DNA of 42,260 bases. Origin: a virus (Duplodnaviria; Caudoviricetes). Below the pieces are notes generated by a model. It was not told the origin of the DNA. It saw only the letters and a list, made by a program, of their open reading frames with translations, and did no database searches. This document shows positions 9,040-18,690 of this stretch, piece after piece; positions within the stretch are counted from its first letter, which is position 1; every line of letters starts with the position of its first letter. A program made the translations under genes and the position numbers. Where the stretch lies: positions 1-42,260 of IMG/VR virus record IMGVR_UViG_3300044611_001249. The stretch is one strand, 5' to 3'.

Positions 9040-12000
9040 TGGGCGCGCTAGTTCTCCCAGTTCAACGTGACGTCGACGTAGAGACTCAGCAAGATCTGTT
9101 CTCTTCGATGAAGCCTACGCCCTGGCAGGCTATGGGTTCGTTCTCCGATTCTATGCGTGAGAACATCACCGGTGGTTTACTCAAACTCAAGGACCTGAAT
9201 TCGGCTGATCGAGTACCTTTTGGTAGTCAGCGGGATTTCGTGGATTCGGAGACTCTGAACGCCAAGTATGGCCTTGAGGGCTTGGACTTCTCGAAACATG
9301 GTCCGCGTACAGACGCGCAAGCCAAGTACATGTACAACCGCAAGCTGGCCGAGATTGAGCGTAAGGATCGCCGTGAGCGGGCCACTGGTTGGGCCACGGC
9401 TGCTGGCGTTGGTCAGGACTTAGTTGCTGGTATGCTCGACCCTGTGGGCATGGGTGTGGGTTTCGCTATTGCTCCGGCCAAGTTCGTTCCAGGCCTGAAG
9501 GCACTTGTACCTGTTGCCGAGAATACTGCAGGCAAATTTCTTCCTCGGGCAGCTTCAGCCTTCGCAACCACCGGCTTCAACACAACTGTTGGTATGGCCG
9601 CGCTTGAACCCGCTAACTATTACGCTCACCAGCAAGAGGGTGCTGACTACACCATGGCGGACTCGCTTGTCAACATCGCTGTAGGTGGCGTGGCCGGCGG
9701 TCTGTTGCATTCAGGGGCTTTGGGGGCGTACAGGATTGGTCAGGTTACGAACAAGGGCTTGCACTGGGTGGGTGACCAGGTTCCAGAGGGCTGGTTTGGC
9801 AAGATCGCACCTGAGACTCACGAAAGAGCCTTTGATACGCGTCTCAAGCAAATCCTTGCTGGCGATGACACGGGTATCGAACCGATTATTCGCTCAGACC
9901 GAAACGTTCAGGCGGAGTCCAGGGTTGCCGCGTCTATTGACGAACAACTGAAGCGGACTCAGCCGACAAGTGAGCCTGATGTCAATGTTTTGGCCGCCGA
10001 ACTGAAGGCCATTGCTCGCGAGATGGACCTTGAGGAGATTACGCTCAAGAGTTTGCCTGGACGCTCCAGCGAGCGATTCGATCAATTGAAGATGGATTTC
10101 GACGGTCGCATCGAGCAACTGGTCAAGGCCAAGCAGGTTAAACTCAAGACTACCTCAGATGGAGTAGAGCTTGACGGGCACGCTATTAAGTACGACTTAG
10201 AGGATATCACGCTCAACGGTGTGACTTTCCGCAAGGTTAGATCAGTTCCAGAGCACCTCACGGATTTCGATCAGGCCGTGGGCTACTTCAAGAATATGAG
10301 TGCTGAGGGCAATCCGTTCGAGCTATTCAGCGTCAATGACCATGTCATGGTAGGCGGCGTTGAGAAGCCAGCAGCATACGGAACAGTTATTATCGAGAAG
10401 GATGGCCGCATATGGGTCACTAAGCCGAAGGATGGTTTTGGCGGTTATCTGACGTCTTTTTCGAAAGGCCGACTTGATGGCGCGGAAGATGCCTATGCAA
10501 CAGCTGTCCGTGAGACTTTCGAGGAAACAGGCCTCGTAGTCAAGGGCGTCGATTATCTGGGCGGCTTTGACCGTAGCACCTCGTTTACACACTACATGGT
10601 TGCTGAACGTGTGGATGGCTCGCCGCAAGCCTTTGGTCACGAGACTGAGGGTATGGAGCTGCTGTCTGTAAAGGAGCTGTATAAGCGTCTGACTTCTGAA
10701 GGTAATGCCAATGATGCGGCTGTCCTGGAAAAGGCTATCGCTTGGATCAACAAAAATCAGAAGTCCGACAGCAATATCTTCGTTCCGCACATTGCCAAGC
10801 TTTCTGAAGAGGATGCTGCAGCTCTGCTGACTCGCACCAAGAACCCGTATGCCGTGTCGACTGACATGACGGTGCCGGTGATTCATGCCGATCAGCTTGG
10901 GGATCAGATTTCCGGGCCTCTTGGTTCCAATGACGGTGGCATTTACCGCCTGTCTGATGGCACTCAGGTTTACGCAAAGTTCCCGTCCAACCCTGACCAG
11001 ATCAGCACTGAGATTGCCGCTGGTTTGCTTTACAGCAAAGCCGGTCAGTTTGGTCAGGTTGGAACACCTCAACTTCGAGTGATCGTTCGTGATGGAAAAC
11101 CGGTAGGAGTAGCTTCTGAGTGGATCGAGGGACTGAAGCCCATTAGTCCGGATGATCTGGCCGCGCGACTGTCTGATCCACGCCTATCTCCAGCCGAAGA
11201 AGAGCACATCCGCCAGATTGGTGGTTCGTGGATCTTTGATGCGTGGATAAACAACCACGACGTTTACGGAACAGGTCCCACTTGGAATATTTTCTCAGAC
11301 GGCCACGGTAACTACATCAAGCTTGATTTTGGCGGCTCGATGGATTTCCGGGCGCAAGGCGGAACTAAGAATTTCGATTCCAACGTTTCTGAGATTGGCA
11401 CGTTCCCTGAGCATGCTGGTAAAAACCTGATTGCTGCGACAGTTGATTCTCAGGCTGTTGGCGCTGAGATGGTTCTGCGCATGTCGCCTGAAGACATCAA
11501 GGGGGCGTTGACATCGGCTGGGTTTGAGGGGGACAAGCTGAACCGGTTGGTGAGTAAGCTCATCGCGCGCCAGGATTCGATTCGCAAGCAGTTCCCCGAT
11601 ATTGCCTATCACATCGACGGCATTTACAACAACGTAACACATGCAGGTTCTCTGAAACTTGCAGACCTGTGGCTTGAGCAAATGGCTAGTAAGCTTACAC
11701 ACAAGCTCACTAACGCTATGAAGGCCACGATCGATGCGTATAAGGGTTCCTGGGCCTACGACATAAATAAACAACTCTGGGACGGTGGGCCTGTGCAAGG
11801 TAAAGACCTCTCGTCGCTCAGGGAGCTGGACGAGGCTATGGCTCTGTCTGAAGGACTTTCCACCGAGACAGTGATGTGGCGCTGGCAAGACTCTTACAGC
11901 ATGGGTCTTACGCCACTGAACGTTAAGTCCACGCTAGAAAAGACTGCCTACCTGTACAAGAGCTTCATGTCAGCCTCAACACATACAGATACCTCAATGG

Positions 12001-12590
12001 CCGGCCGTGACGTCCTTTGGAGACTTGAGGTAGAACCTGGGGTCAAGGGCATTCCGACAAAGGTGCTTAAGACGATACACGGAGATGAGCCGTTCGCTAG
12101 CGAGTATGAGTTCATCCTGCCGCGCGGTCAACTGCTTGTTATTGACGGCGTGGACAAGGTTGTGTCGTGGATTCATGGGTCCCCGCAAGAGCATTGGCAG
12201 GTTCGTGCTCGCGTTGTTAATCCAGCCAATCTGTCTAAGGATGCGGATTCGCTGATCCAGACACTGCATGCGTCTATGGCTGACAAGAAGGTCGAACCCA
12301 CAGACATGTTTGGTGGTGATGTTGAGGCTCATATCAACAAGCTGGTGGACGACCTGTATCAGGCGCGCAAACCGCCTGAGGTCCCCACTCTGACCGAGTC
12401 CGTCGATGTGAAGACGCCGGCGATGCTTGCATTTGAGAAAGAGATCGCTGACATGCAGGCTGCGATCAAGGATCTAGATCTGGATGATCTGGCTCTTAAG
12501 GAGCTTGAGATGGCCGACGCCAAGATCAAGGACACGGACAGCTTCGTTGACGGATTAAAGCAGGCTTGGGCCTGCATGAAGGGGCTATAA
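9039..12590 (+). CDS. Polyvalent ejection protein: Nudix hydrolase + HipA/PI3-PI4-kinase-like + ADP-ribosyltransferase (R-S-E) domains
   Basis: Nudix box GRLDGAEDAYATAVRETFEETGL; kinase motifs GSNDGG, YAK, TE, DAWINNHD..N and KLDFG; ART motifs MWR, FMSAST and SEYEFILPRG. Confidence 0.8.
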   Translation: MGALVLPVQRDVDVETQQDLFSSMKPTPWQAMGSFSDSMRENITGGLLKLKDLNSADRVPFGSQRDFVDSETLNAKYGLEGLDFSKHGPRTDAQAKYMYNRKLAEIERKDRRERATGWATAAGVGQDLVAGMLDPVGMGVGFAIAPAKFVPGLKALVPVAENTAGKFLPRAASAFATTGFNTTVGMAALEPANYYAHQQEGADYTMADSLVNIAVGGVAGGLLHSGALGAYRIGQVTNKGLHWVGDQVPEGWFGKIAPETHERAFDTRLKQILAGDDTGIEPIIRSDRNVQAESRVAASIDEQLKRTQPTSEPDVNVLAAELKAIAREMDLEEITLKSLPGRSSERFDQLKMDFDGRIEQLVKAKQVKLKTTSDGVELDGHAIKYDLEDITLNGVTFRKVRSVPEHLTDFDQAVGYFKNMSAEGNPFELFSVNDHVMVGGVEKPAAYGTVIIEKDGRIWVTKPKDGFGGYLTSFSKGRLDGAEDAYATAVRETFEETGLVVKGVDYLGGFDRSTSFTHYMVAERVDGSPQAFGHETEGMELLSVKELYKRLTSEGNANDAAVLEKAIAWINKNQKSDSNIFVPHIAKLSEEDAAALLTRTKNPYAVSTDMTVPVIHADQLGDQISGPLGSNDGGIYRLSDGTQVYAKFPSNPDQISTEIAAGLLYSKAGQFGQVGTPQLRVIVRDGKPVGVASEWIEGLKPISPDDLAARLSDPRLSPAEEEHIRQIGGSWIFDAWINNHDVYGTGPTWNIFSDGHGNYIKLDFGGSMDFRAQGGTKNFDSNVSEIGTFPEHAGKNLIAATVDSQAVGAEMVLRMSPEDIKGALTSAGFEGDKLNRLVSKLIARQDSIRKQFPDIAYHIDGIYNNVTHAGSLKLADLWLEQMASKLTHKLTNAMKATIDAYKGSWAYDINKQLWDGGPVQGKDLSSLRELDEAMALSEGLSTETVMWRWQDSYSMGLTPLNVKSTLEKTAYLYKSFMSASTHTDTSMAGRDVLWRLEVEPGVKGIPTKVLKTIHGDEPFASEYEFILPRGQLLVIDGVDKVVSWIHGSPQEHWQVRARVVNPANLSKDADSLIQTLHASMADKKVEPTDMFGGDVEAHINKLVDDLYQARKPPEVPTLTESVDVKTPAMLAFEKEIADMQAAIKDLDLDDLALKELEMADAKIKDTDSFVDGLKQAWACMKGL

Positions 12591-15145
12591 TGGGCAAGTC
12601 GTATATGGACTGCGTGGGCGTTATCCAGAAGGCTTCTGGAGACTATCTCACGACCAAGCAGGCAGAACAGATTCTGGCTGAGGTTGATAACATCGCCCAG
12701 ATCAAGAAAGCTTCTGGCCAACTTGACGCTGTCAACGCCATGGTTATGGACGAGATTGACAACGCCACAAATGCCTTACGCGAAGCAGCTCTTATCGAGA
12801 AGCGTAACGCCTTGATCAACGTCAAGGTCAAGAAGCAAGTACTTGACTACGTCAACAAGTTCAAGGATCCAGGCGAGGGCATGATGGCCTTGCTTGGAGG
12901 TAAGCACACGCGCGTTGAAGGGGCTCTTGCCTCTATTGACGCTCAGGGTAAGGCCGTCGTGGATGGTATGCTTGGCAAGTTCATCAACTCCCTGGAGAAA
13001 GAGGGCTTGATGGAGTCCTTCTCCTCTGGTGCTTACGACCGCGAGATTGCCGTCGAATTGTGGAACCTGCCGCATGGCAAGCCTGGTATTACTGGCGTTG
13101 AGGAAGCGGCCAAGATTGCAGGTTTCGTGCATGACATGCAGAATACCCTTGTGCTTCGTCAAAACCGCGCAGGGGCTTTCATCAAACTGATGCCTGGGTA
13201 CATCGTCCGTCAAGCCCACGACATGTTCAAGATTCGCAAGGCTGGCTTCGAGGAATGGTCGAAACTGGTAGCCCCTCTCCTTGATGAAAAAGCAACCTTT
13301 GGAAACAACATGGATCCGAAGGTCTTCCTGAAGGAAGCCTATGACGGGTTCACGTCAGGCATGCACTACAAGGCCAAAGCCGAGAATGCCGCTGATTCTG
13401 TAACCTACTTCCTTGGCTTCAAGGGTCCCAGCAACCTCGCCCAAAAGGTGTCGCAGGAGCGAGTTCTTCACTTCAAGGATGCTGAAGCCTGGTTGGCCTA
13501 TAATGAGGCCTTTGGACATGAGTCGCTTCGTGAGGCAATCATCGGGGGTGTTGAGCACTCAGGACGTAATATTGCTCTTATGGAGAACCTGGGAACCAAC
13601 CCCCTGAACATGATCGACCAGGTGCTGAAGGTTCTGCGATCTGCTCACAAGGATGATCCGAAGATCTTCGACATGCTCAAGGATCACAACATCCATAACC
13701 TGTACATGCAGCTGGACGGAACAGCTCGTATACCTGTCTACCACAAGGTCGCAGCTATTGGTGCCGGTATTCGCTCACTCCAGAACATGGCCAAACTGGG
13801 CGGTGCCGTTCTGTCTTCGATTACTGATATCCCGTTTCAAGCGGCTAACCTGCGCTTGAACGGCGTGAATATCATCGAGGCCTACACGAACGCGTTTACC
13901 AACATTCTTCGTGGTCGTGGCAGTGCCGAACAAAAAGAAATCGCGCGCCTTGTTGGTGTAGGCTTTGAGGGTTTGATTCGGGACATCTCGACTCGGTTCT
14001 CTGCTACTGATCAGTTACCAGGTACCATGGCCAAACTGCAGGCCAAGTACTTCAAACTCAACGGTATGAACTGGTGGAACGATTCGCACAAGACTGGCGT
14101 GTCGCTTATCCTGTCCAACCACATCGCAGAGCTTCGGAACACTCCTTTCGACAAGCTGCCAGGTCAGCTGAAACCCATTCTGAACCAATACGGTATCAAG
14201 GAAGCTGACTGGAAACTCGTTGGAGAGTTGTCCGAACAGCACCCAGATGGCCAATGGTACTTCACTCCTGACAAACTTCAGACTGTGAGTGAATCACGGC
14301 TAATTGAGGTCTATGGGTATGCAAAGGAGACTGATCCTTCCGTGACCTCTCGTGATATCCGGGGTATGAGGGATGACCTAGAAACCAAGTGGAGGACCTA
14401 TTTCGTCGATCAAATTAACCATGCGATCCCTCACCCGGGCGCCGCTGAGCAAGCATTCAGCATCTTGGGTGGTGGAACACAGCCTGGTACCACTCTCGGC
14501 GAAGCTCTGCGGTTCATTGGCCAATTCAAGTCGTTCCCCATCACCGTGGTTCGCAAAGGACTGGCACCGCACCTGTACCAAAACGAAGGATCCCTTTGGA
14601 GCAACGTCGCCAAGGGCAAATCTGACTACGTAGGCCTTGTGCACCTGATGGTGGCTACCACGATCTTTGGCTATCTTGCAGGTGCGGCCAAGGATACGGC
14701 TCGGGGGCTGACTCCAAGGGATCCGCGCGATCCAAAGACTTGGGTTAAGGCTATGGCGCAAGGTGGCGGTCTGGGCCTCTACGGAGATTTCCTGTTCGGC
14801 GAATTCAACAAGTACGGCAATTCAGCATTGGCCTCGCTTATGGGTCCGACTTTCAGTAACTTCGAAGACCTGATGAAGATCTTCTCGCGTGCTAAGGAGG
14901 GCGACAAGGTTGCAGGCCAAATGATGCGCGTCGCTATCAACAATACGCCGTTTGCCAACCTGTTCTATACACGTATGTCGATGGACTACTTGTTCCTGTA
15001 CCAGCTCCAGGAAAGTGTGAACCCGGGGTATCTTTCTAGGGTTGAACGTCGTATAATGAATGAAAATAAACAGCAGTTCTATATCCCGCCCACGCAGCAG
15101 ATTCCTTATGGTGGTGGTGACAAGGTGCTAGAGGGTGTGCGATGA
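12590..15145 (+). CDS. Large internal virion/ejection protein
   Basis: ATG 12590 overlaps the previous stop (TAATG); ~851 aa; GQFKSFP, GGGLGLYGDFL and TPFANLFY motifs typical of large podovirus ejection proteins. Confidence 0.75.
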   Translation: MGKSYMDCVGVIQKASGDYLTTKQAEQILAEVDNIAQIKKASGQLDAVNAMVMDEIDNATNALREAALIEKRNALINVKVKKQVLDYVNKFKDPGEGMMALLGGKHTRVEGALASIDAQGKAVVDGMLGKFINSLEKEGLMESFSSGAYDREIAVELWNLPHGKPGITGVEEAAKIAGFVHDMQNTLVLRQNRAGAFIKLMPGYIVRQAHDMFKIRKAGFEEWSKLVAPLLDEKATFGNNMDPKVFLKEAYDGFTSGMHYKAKAENAADSVTYFLGFKGPSNLAQKVSQERVLHFKDAEAWLAYNEAFGHESLREAIIGGVEHSGRNIALMENLGTNPLNMIDQVLKVLRSAHKDDPKIFDMLKDHNIHNLYMQLDGTARIPVYHKVAAIGAGIRSLQNMAKLGGAVLSSITDIPFQAANLRLNGVNIIEAYTNAFTNILRGRGSAEQKEIARLVGVGFEGLIRDISTRFSATDQLPGTMAKLQAKYFKLNGMNWWNDSHKTGVSLILSNHIAELRNTPFDKLPGQLKPILNQYGIKEADWKLVGELSEQHPDGQWYFTPDKLQTVSESRLIEVYGYAKETDPSVTSRDIRGMRDDLETKWRTYFVDQINHAIPHPGAAEQAFSILGGGTQPGTTLGEALRFIGQFKSFPITVVRKGLAPHLYQNEGSLWSNVAKGKSDYVGLVHLMVATTIFGYLAGAAKDTARGLTPRDPRDPKTWVKAMAQGGGLGLYGDFLFGEFNKYGNSALASLMGPTFSNFEDLMKIFSRAKEGDKVAGQMMRVAINNTPFANLFYTRMSMDYLFLYQLQESVNPGYLSRVERRIMNENKQQFYIPPTQQIPYGGGDKVLEGVR

Positions 15146-15885
15146 CTGTAGAGACTACAACTGCTAGAAACATACGAGACGGTAACGGCGTTTCTGACAC
15201 GTTTGTCTATGACTTCCTGGTCCTAGACTCTGCCCATCTTGAGGTGTATCAGCTGGTCGGTTCAACTCTGACGCTGATGACAGAGGGCTTGGATTACTCT
15301 GTTACAGGCGTCGGTAACGCGAGCGGCGGAACCGTAGTCTTCACCGTTGTTCCACCATCGGTTCCATCAGGAACTGGCAGTATTGTTCTTCGCCGCGCTG
15401 TGCCTATGACTCAAGGTACGCACTATGTGGCAAATGACGCCTTTCCAGAGTCCACGCATGAAGCTGCTCTGGATAAACTCACCATGCTTGTTCAGCAGGT
15501 CGTTGATGAAACCTCTCTCGCGGTAAAAGTTCCGATCAACTACACCGGCGATACCTCTGACCTTTTAACGCAGGTTCAGGAGGCCTTAACTGATGCTGAA
15601 TTAGCGGCCTTCGCGGCCCAAACCGCTGAGACTGCAGCAGCTGCTTCCGCAGGGGCAGCTTCCGGATCAGCGGCCTCTGCTGCTCAATCCGCTATCGATG
15701 CTCAGGCAGCTGTTGGCGGGGTAAAGGTCACGACTACTGATACAACCCCTGGCGTTCTCGAGTCGAAGATTCTTGCAGGACTGGGTCTTACCTCTTCTAT
15801 CCAAAATCCCACAGGTAATGCTACTGTGACATTTTCCTCCGTCGGCGCAACTATTCTGCTGGCGTCTAAACTAGGAGCATTGTAA
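15142..15885 (+). CDS. Tail fibre anchor (T7 gp17 N-terminal-like), no receptor-binding domain
   Basis: GNGVSDTFVYDF...DYSVTG and HEAALDKLTM motifs, then an Ala-rich coiled coil; only 247 aa. Confidence 0.75.
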   Translation: MTVETTTARNIRDGNGVSDTFVYDFLVLDSAHLEVYQLVGSTLTLMTEGLDYSVTGVGNASGGTVVFTVVPPSVPSGTGSIVLRRAVPMTQGTHYVANDAFPESTHEAALDKLTMLVQQVVDETSLAVKVPINYTGDTSDLLTQVQEALTDAELAAFAAQTAETAAAASAGAASGSAASAAQSAIDAQAAVGGVKVTTTDTTPGVLESKILAGLGLTSSIQNPTGNATVTFSSVGATILLASKLGAL

Positions 15886-16304
15886 TGGCCGGCAACAACT
15901 CCCCGATCTTCCCGGGCACCATGCAGAACTACCGTGCACGGATCCAAAACTCCGACGGCACGACGGCAGTCACGCTTGTCACCGGGCCGACAAACGGAAC
16001 GAAGGTCGAGTCCATCGCAGCAACCAGCGACGACACCGCTGCAGTCGTCGTCCAGTTGATTGCCACGGTCTCGGCTGTCGATCACGTCCTCGGCGAAGTA
16101 ACCATCCCGATTGCCGCAGGCACGAACGGAACGACGAAGGCGGTCAATCTGCTGAACACGACCGACCTGCCGTGGCTGCGCTCCGACGAAGCGGGTCGCC
16201 CGTACCTGTACGTCGCCAGCGGCACGACGCTGAAAGTCAGACCCAAGACGACTGTCACCGCTGCGAAGTTCATCAACCTGTTCGCGCAGGCCGGAGACTT
16301 CTAA
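15885..16304 (+). CDS. Tail fibre adaptor/accessory protein
   Basis: 139 aa, Thr/Val beta-rich, translationally coupled (TAATG) between anchor and adhesin. Confidence 0.5.
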   Translation: MAGNNSPIFPGTMQNYRARIQNSDGTTAVTLVTGPTNGTKVESIAATSDDTAAVVVQLIATVSAVDHVLGEVTIPIAAGTNGTTKAVNLLNTTDLPWLRSDEAGRPYLYVASGTTLKVRPKTTVTAAKFINLFAQAGDF

Positions 16305-16306
16305 TC

Positions 16307-17146
16307 GTGTTCGGCAGCATTGCTCACAAGCCATCGTTTGCGAAGTTGTTGAACATCAACATCACCGCCAACGTGCAGAACTTCAACATGAAGACTGCTG
16401 CGCTGGCTGCTGGGTGGAACGGGCGCACGCCGCTGAAGCTGACGGTGACGGTTGCCCCCGGTGTGTATGTCGGATCGTCATCGACTGGCAGCTTCGCCTT
16501 CGATACGGGTGTCGGTTTTCCGCTCGGCACAAAGCTGGCCGTGGTTAATAACGGAAACATACTAGCCACCGGAGGCGGCGGAGGTGGCGCCGGTTGGTAT
16601 ACCTACGCAAATCCGCGAACCGGATCTAGTGGAGGAGGTGCTGGAACGGCGTTTCGCGCACAATACCCGATCACAGTAACCAATGCCGGAATAATTGGTG
16701 GCGGTGGCGGCGGTGGTGGTGGTGGCGGCGCTGTCGGTGCCGCTACTGACGGCGAAGGCGGGGTTTGGGGTGCCGGTGGCGGTGGCGGTGGCGGTGGACA
16801 AGGCAACTCTGGCGGTGGTGGTGCTGGCGGCGGCAGTAGTTCTGATAGTTCCAGTTTTTATGGTGGCGGCGGCGGAACCGGAACAAACACAACCGCAGGT
16901 GGTGGTGGCGGCGGCGGAAGTGCTGGCGGTGGTGCGTATAGCGGTCCTTATGGGTATGGCGGTTCAGGTGGTAATGGCGGAGTTCTTGGCTCTGCCGGCG
17001 ACGGCGGGGGCAGTTCCTACATAACAGGCGGCTACGGCGGAACCACAACGGGCGGCGGGGGAGTGGGCGCTGCCGGCGCTTGCACATCAGGCAACGCAAA
17101 CATTACATGGGCTGTGACTGGCACCCGCCACGGCGCACTTAACTAA
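16307..17146 (+). CDS. Glycine-rich receptor-binding adhesin (T-even gp38-like)
   Basis: GTG 16307 with GGAGA RBS; NNGNILATGGGGG and TNAGIIGGGGGGG motifs, repeated polyGly runs, C-terminal ITW..TGTRHG. Confidence 0.65.
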   Translation: MFGSIAHKPSFAKLLNINITANVQNFNMKTAALAAGWNGRTPLKLTVTVAPGVYVGSSSTGSFAFDTGVGFPLGTKLAVVNNGNILATGGGGGGAGWYTYANPRTGSSGGGAGTAFRAQYPITVTNAGIIGGGGGGGGGGGAVGAATDGEGGVWGAGGGGGGGGQGNSGGGGAGGGSSSDSSSFYGGGGGTGTNTTAGGGGGGGSAGGGAYSGPYGYGGSGGNGGVLGSAGDGGGSSYITGGYGGTTTGGGGVGAAGACTSGNANITWAVTGTRHGALN

Positions 17147-17155
17147 GAGGAAATC

Positions 17156-17821
17156 ATGGAATACAAAATCACTGGATTCAACCCATATACCGGCTCGGCG
17201 CTGGTTAATTTCTTCACTGCCGAATTCCCGGAAGGGCTGACCTACAACGTGGATATTCCTGTCGAGAATGGTAGCTACATTTCCGGCGACGCGCTGCGCT
17301 CGCACATCATGGCCTTCGCGCCTTATGGCCAGATCGCCAGAATTGTGGAGCTGCGCGACAACCCGCCTGATGTGAGCGGAATTCCGACCGGCGACATCAT
17401 TGTGCCGCCTGAGCCACTTGACCCCGTGCTGGACGCTACGCTGCCGGAGGCAATCGCCTATGCCGAGAAGGCGATCGACAAGGGTGCATCTGCTGCACGG
17501 TCGCGCTTTATCTCGTCTGGCGTTGGTCAGGATGCCGTCTATGTGGTGAAGGGCGAGCAAGCGCAGGCGTATGCCGCCGCCGGTTTTACCGGGGCCGTTC
17601 CAGCCTACGTCGCTGCCGAGGCGGCGGCGACGGGAGTGACGGCACAAGCTGCGGCAGAGACAATCCTTGGCTTGCGTGACGCATGGAACGGAGCTGTCGG
17701 GCCCGCCATCGAACAGCAGCGAATTGGTGGGAAAAAATTAGTACGAGAGTCGGCGACGGTCGAGGCAGTTGATTCCTCCATGCGCGCCGCGCTTGTGGCA
17801 CTTGAGGCGATTCGCCCGTGA
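17156..17821 (+). CDS. Tail fibre assembly/chaperone-like protein
   Basis: 221 aa, GAGG RBS, follows the adhesin; helical C-terminal part (GQDAVY..K..QA; IEQQRIGGK) typical of fibre assembly proteins. Confidence 0.5.
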   Translation: MEYKITGFNPYTGSALVNFFTAEFPEGLTYNVDIPVENGSYISGDALRSHIMAFAPYGQIARIVELRDNPPDVSGIPTGDIIVPPEPLDPVLDATLPEAIAYAEKAIDKGASAARSRFISSGVGQDAVYVVKGEQAQAYAAAGFTGAVPAYVAAEAAATGVTAQAAAETILGLRDAWNGAVGPAIEQQRIGGKKLVRESATVEAVDSSMRAALVALEAIRP

Positions 17822-18042
17822 AACAGGTCTTGATCGCTCTCGACCAACTGGCGAACACGCTGGTTGGCGGCTACGCCGACGAGACGATTAGCGCCCGGGC
17901 GCACCGCAAGGGGTGGAAGCGACGCGAGGCTTTCATCAATTGGTTGTTTCGCGATCAGAACCATTGTAAATCGTCTTACGACAGTGAAGTTCTCCGCGAG
18001 CAACTGCCGAACGAATACAGGAGGGGAGTACACGATGCTTGA
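17818..18042 (+). CDS. Conserved small phage protein
   Basis: GTG start overlapping the previous stop; IALDQLANTL.GG.ADETISARA...HC pattern common at the end of tail modules. Confidence 0.6.
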   Translation: MKQVLIALDQLANTLVGGYADETISARAHRKGWKRREAFINWLFRDQNHCKSSYDSEVLREQLPNEYRRGVHDA

Positions 18043-18370
18043 GGGACTGAAGGTAGACGGCTCCAAGCCCGCGACGTTAAACGACGTCGAGGAGCTGTTT
18101 GCTTTGCATGAACTGCGCGAGCAGGAGATGTTCGACAAGATCATGTCAGCGTTTCCTAATGGTGACACGGTTGGCCACTGCGACTATCATCAGAGCAAGA
18201 TTGAGGCGGCTAAGGCTGAGAAAGAGTTCTGGGATACTGCCAAGAAGTCGGTTATCACGAACGGCGTCAATGGCGCTTTCTCTTTAGTCAAGATCATCTT
18301 GACCCTTGCCGCGCTCGGGCTCCTTGCCAAGTACGGTATCGTGCTTCCGTTCCTGGAGCATAACAAGTGA
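18035..18370 (+). CDS. Membrane protein of the lysis cassette (holin/antiholin-like)
   Basis: ATG 18035 with GGAG RBS; single C-terminal hydrophobic helix; directly upstream of the endolysin. Confidence 0.5.
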   Translation: MLEGLKVDGSKPATLNDVEELFALHELREQEMFDKIMSAFPNGDTVGHCDYHQSKIEAAKAEKEFWDTAKKSVITNGVNGAFSLVKIILTLAALGLLAKYGIVLPFLEHNK

Positions 18371-18690
18371 GAAAGACTCTTCGCCAGACTCAGAGTGAGT
18401 TCGCAGCCCTTGTTCCACGGTTGATAGATCGTGCGATAGAACTCGGGTTTGAAGTCACTTTAGGGGATGCATTCAGAGATCCTCGCGTTCCCTACGGCCA
18501 CTTGCTTTCGGCACATAAGAAGCGGCTGGCGATTGACTTGAACTTGTTCCGCAACGGCGAATTCCTTGAAACTACCGAAGCTCACAAGGATCTCGGCGAG
18601 TGGTGGAAGCAACAGCATCCTTTGGCTCGCTGGGGTGGGGACTTCCGTGATGGCAATCATTACTCATTCGAATGGGAAGGCATAAAATGA
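18367..18690 (+). CDS. Endolysin, M15-family Zn peptidase
   Basis: SAHKKRLAIDL (H..D zinc ligands) and WGGDF..DGNH motifs. Confidence 0.85.
   Translation: MRKTLRQTQSEFAALVPRLIDRAIELGFEVTLGDAFRDPRVPYGHLLSAHKKRLAIDLNLFRNGEFLETTEAHKDLGEWWKQQHPLARWGGDFRDGNHYSFEWEGIK

Noticed and set aside
16560-17070. GGY-rich tract as a microsatellite or diversity-generating retroelement target
   Set aside because: It encodes polyglycine with mixed codons; despite the BPP-1-like head genes, no reverse transcriptase or TR/VR pair was seen.
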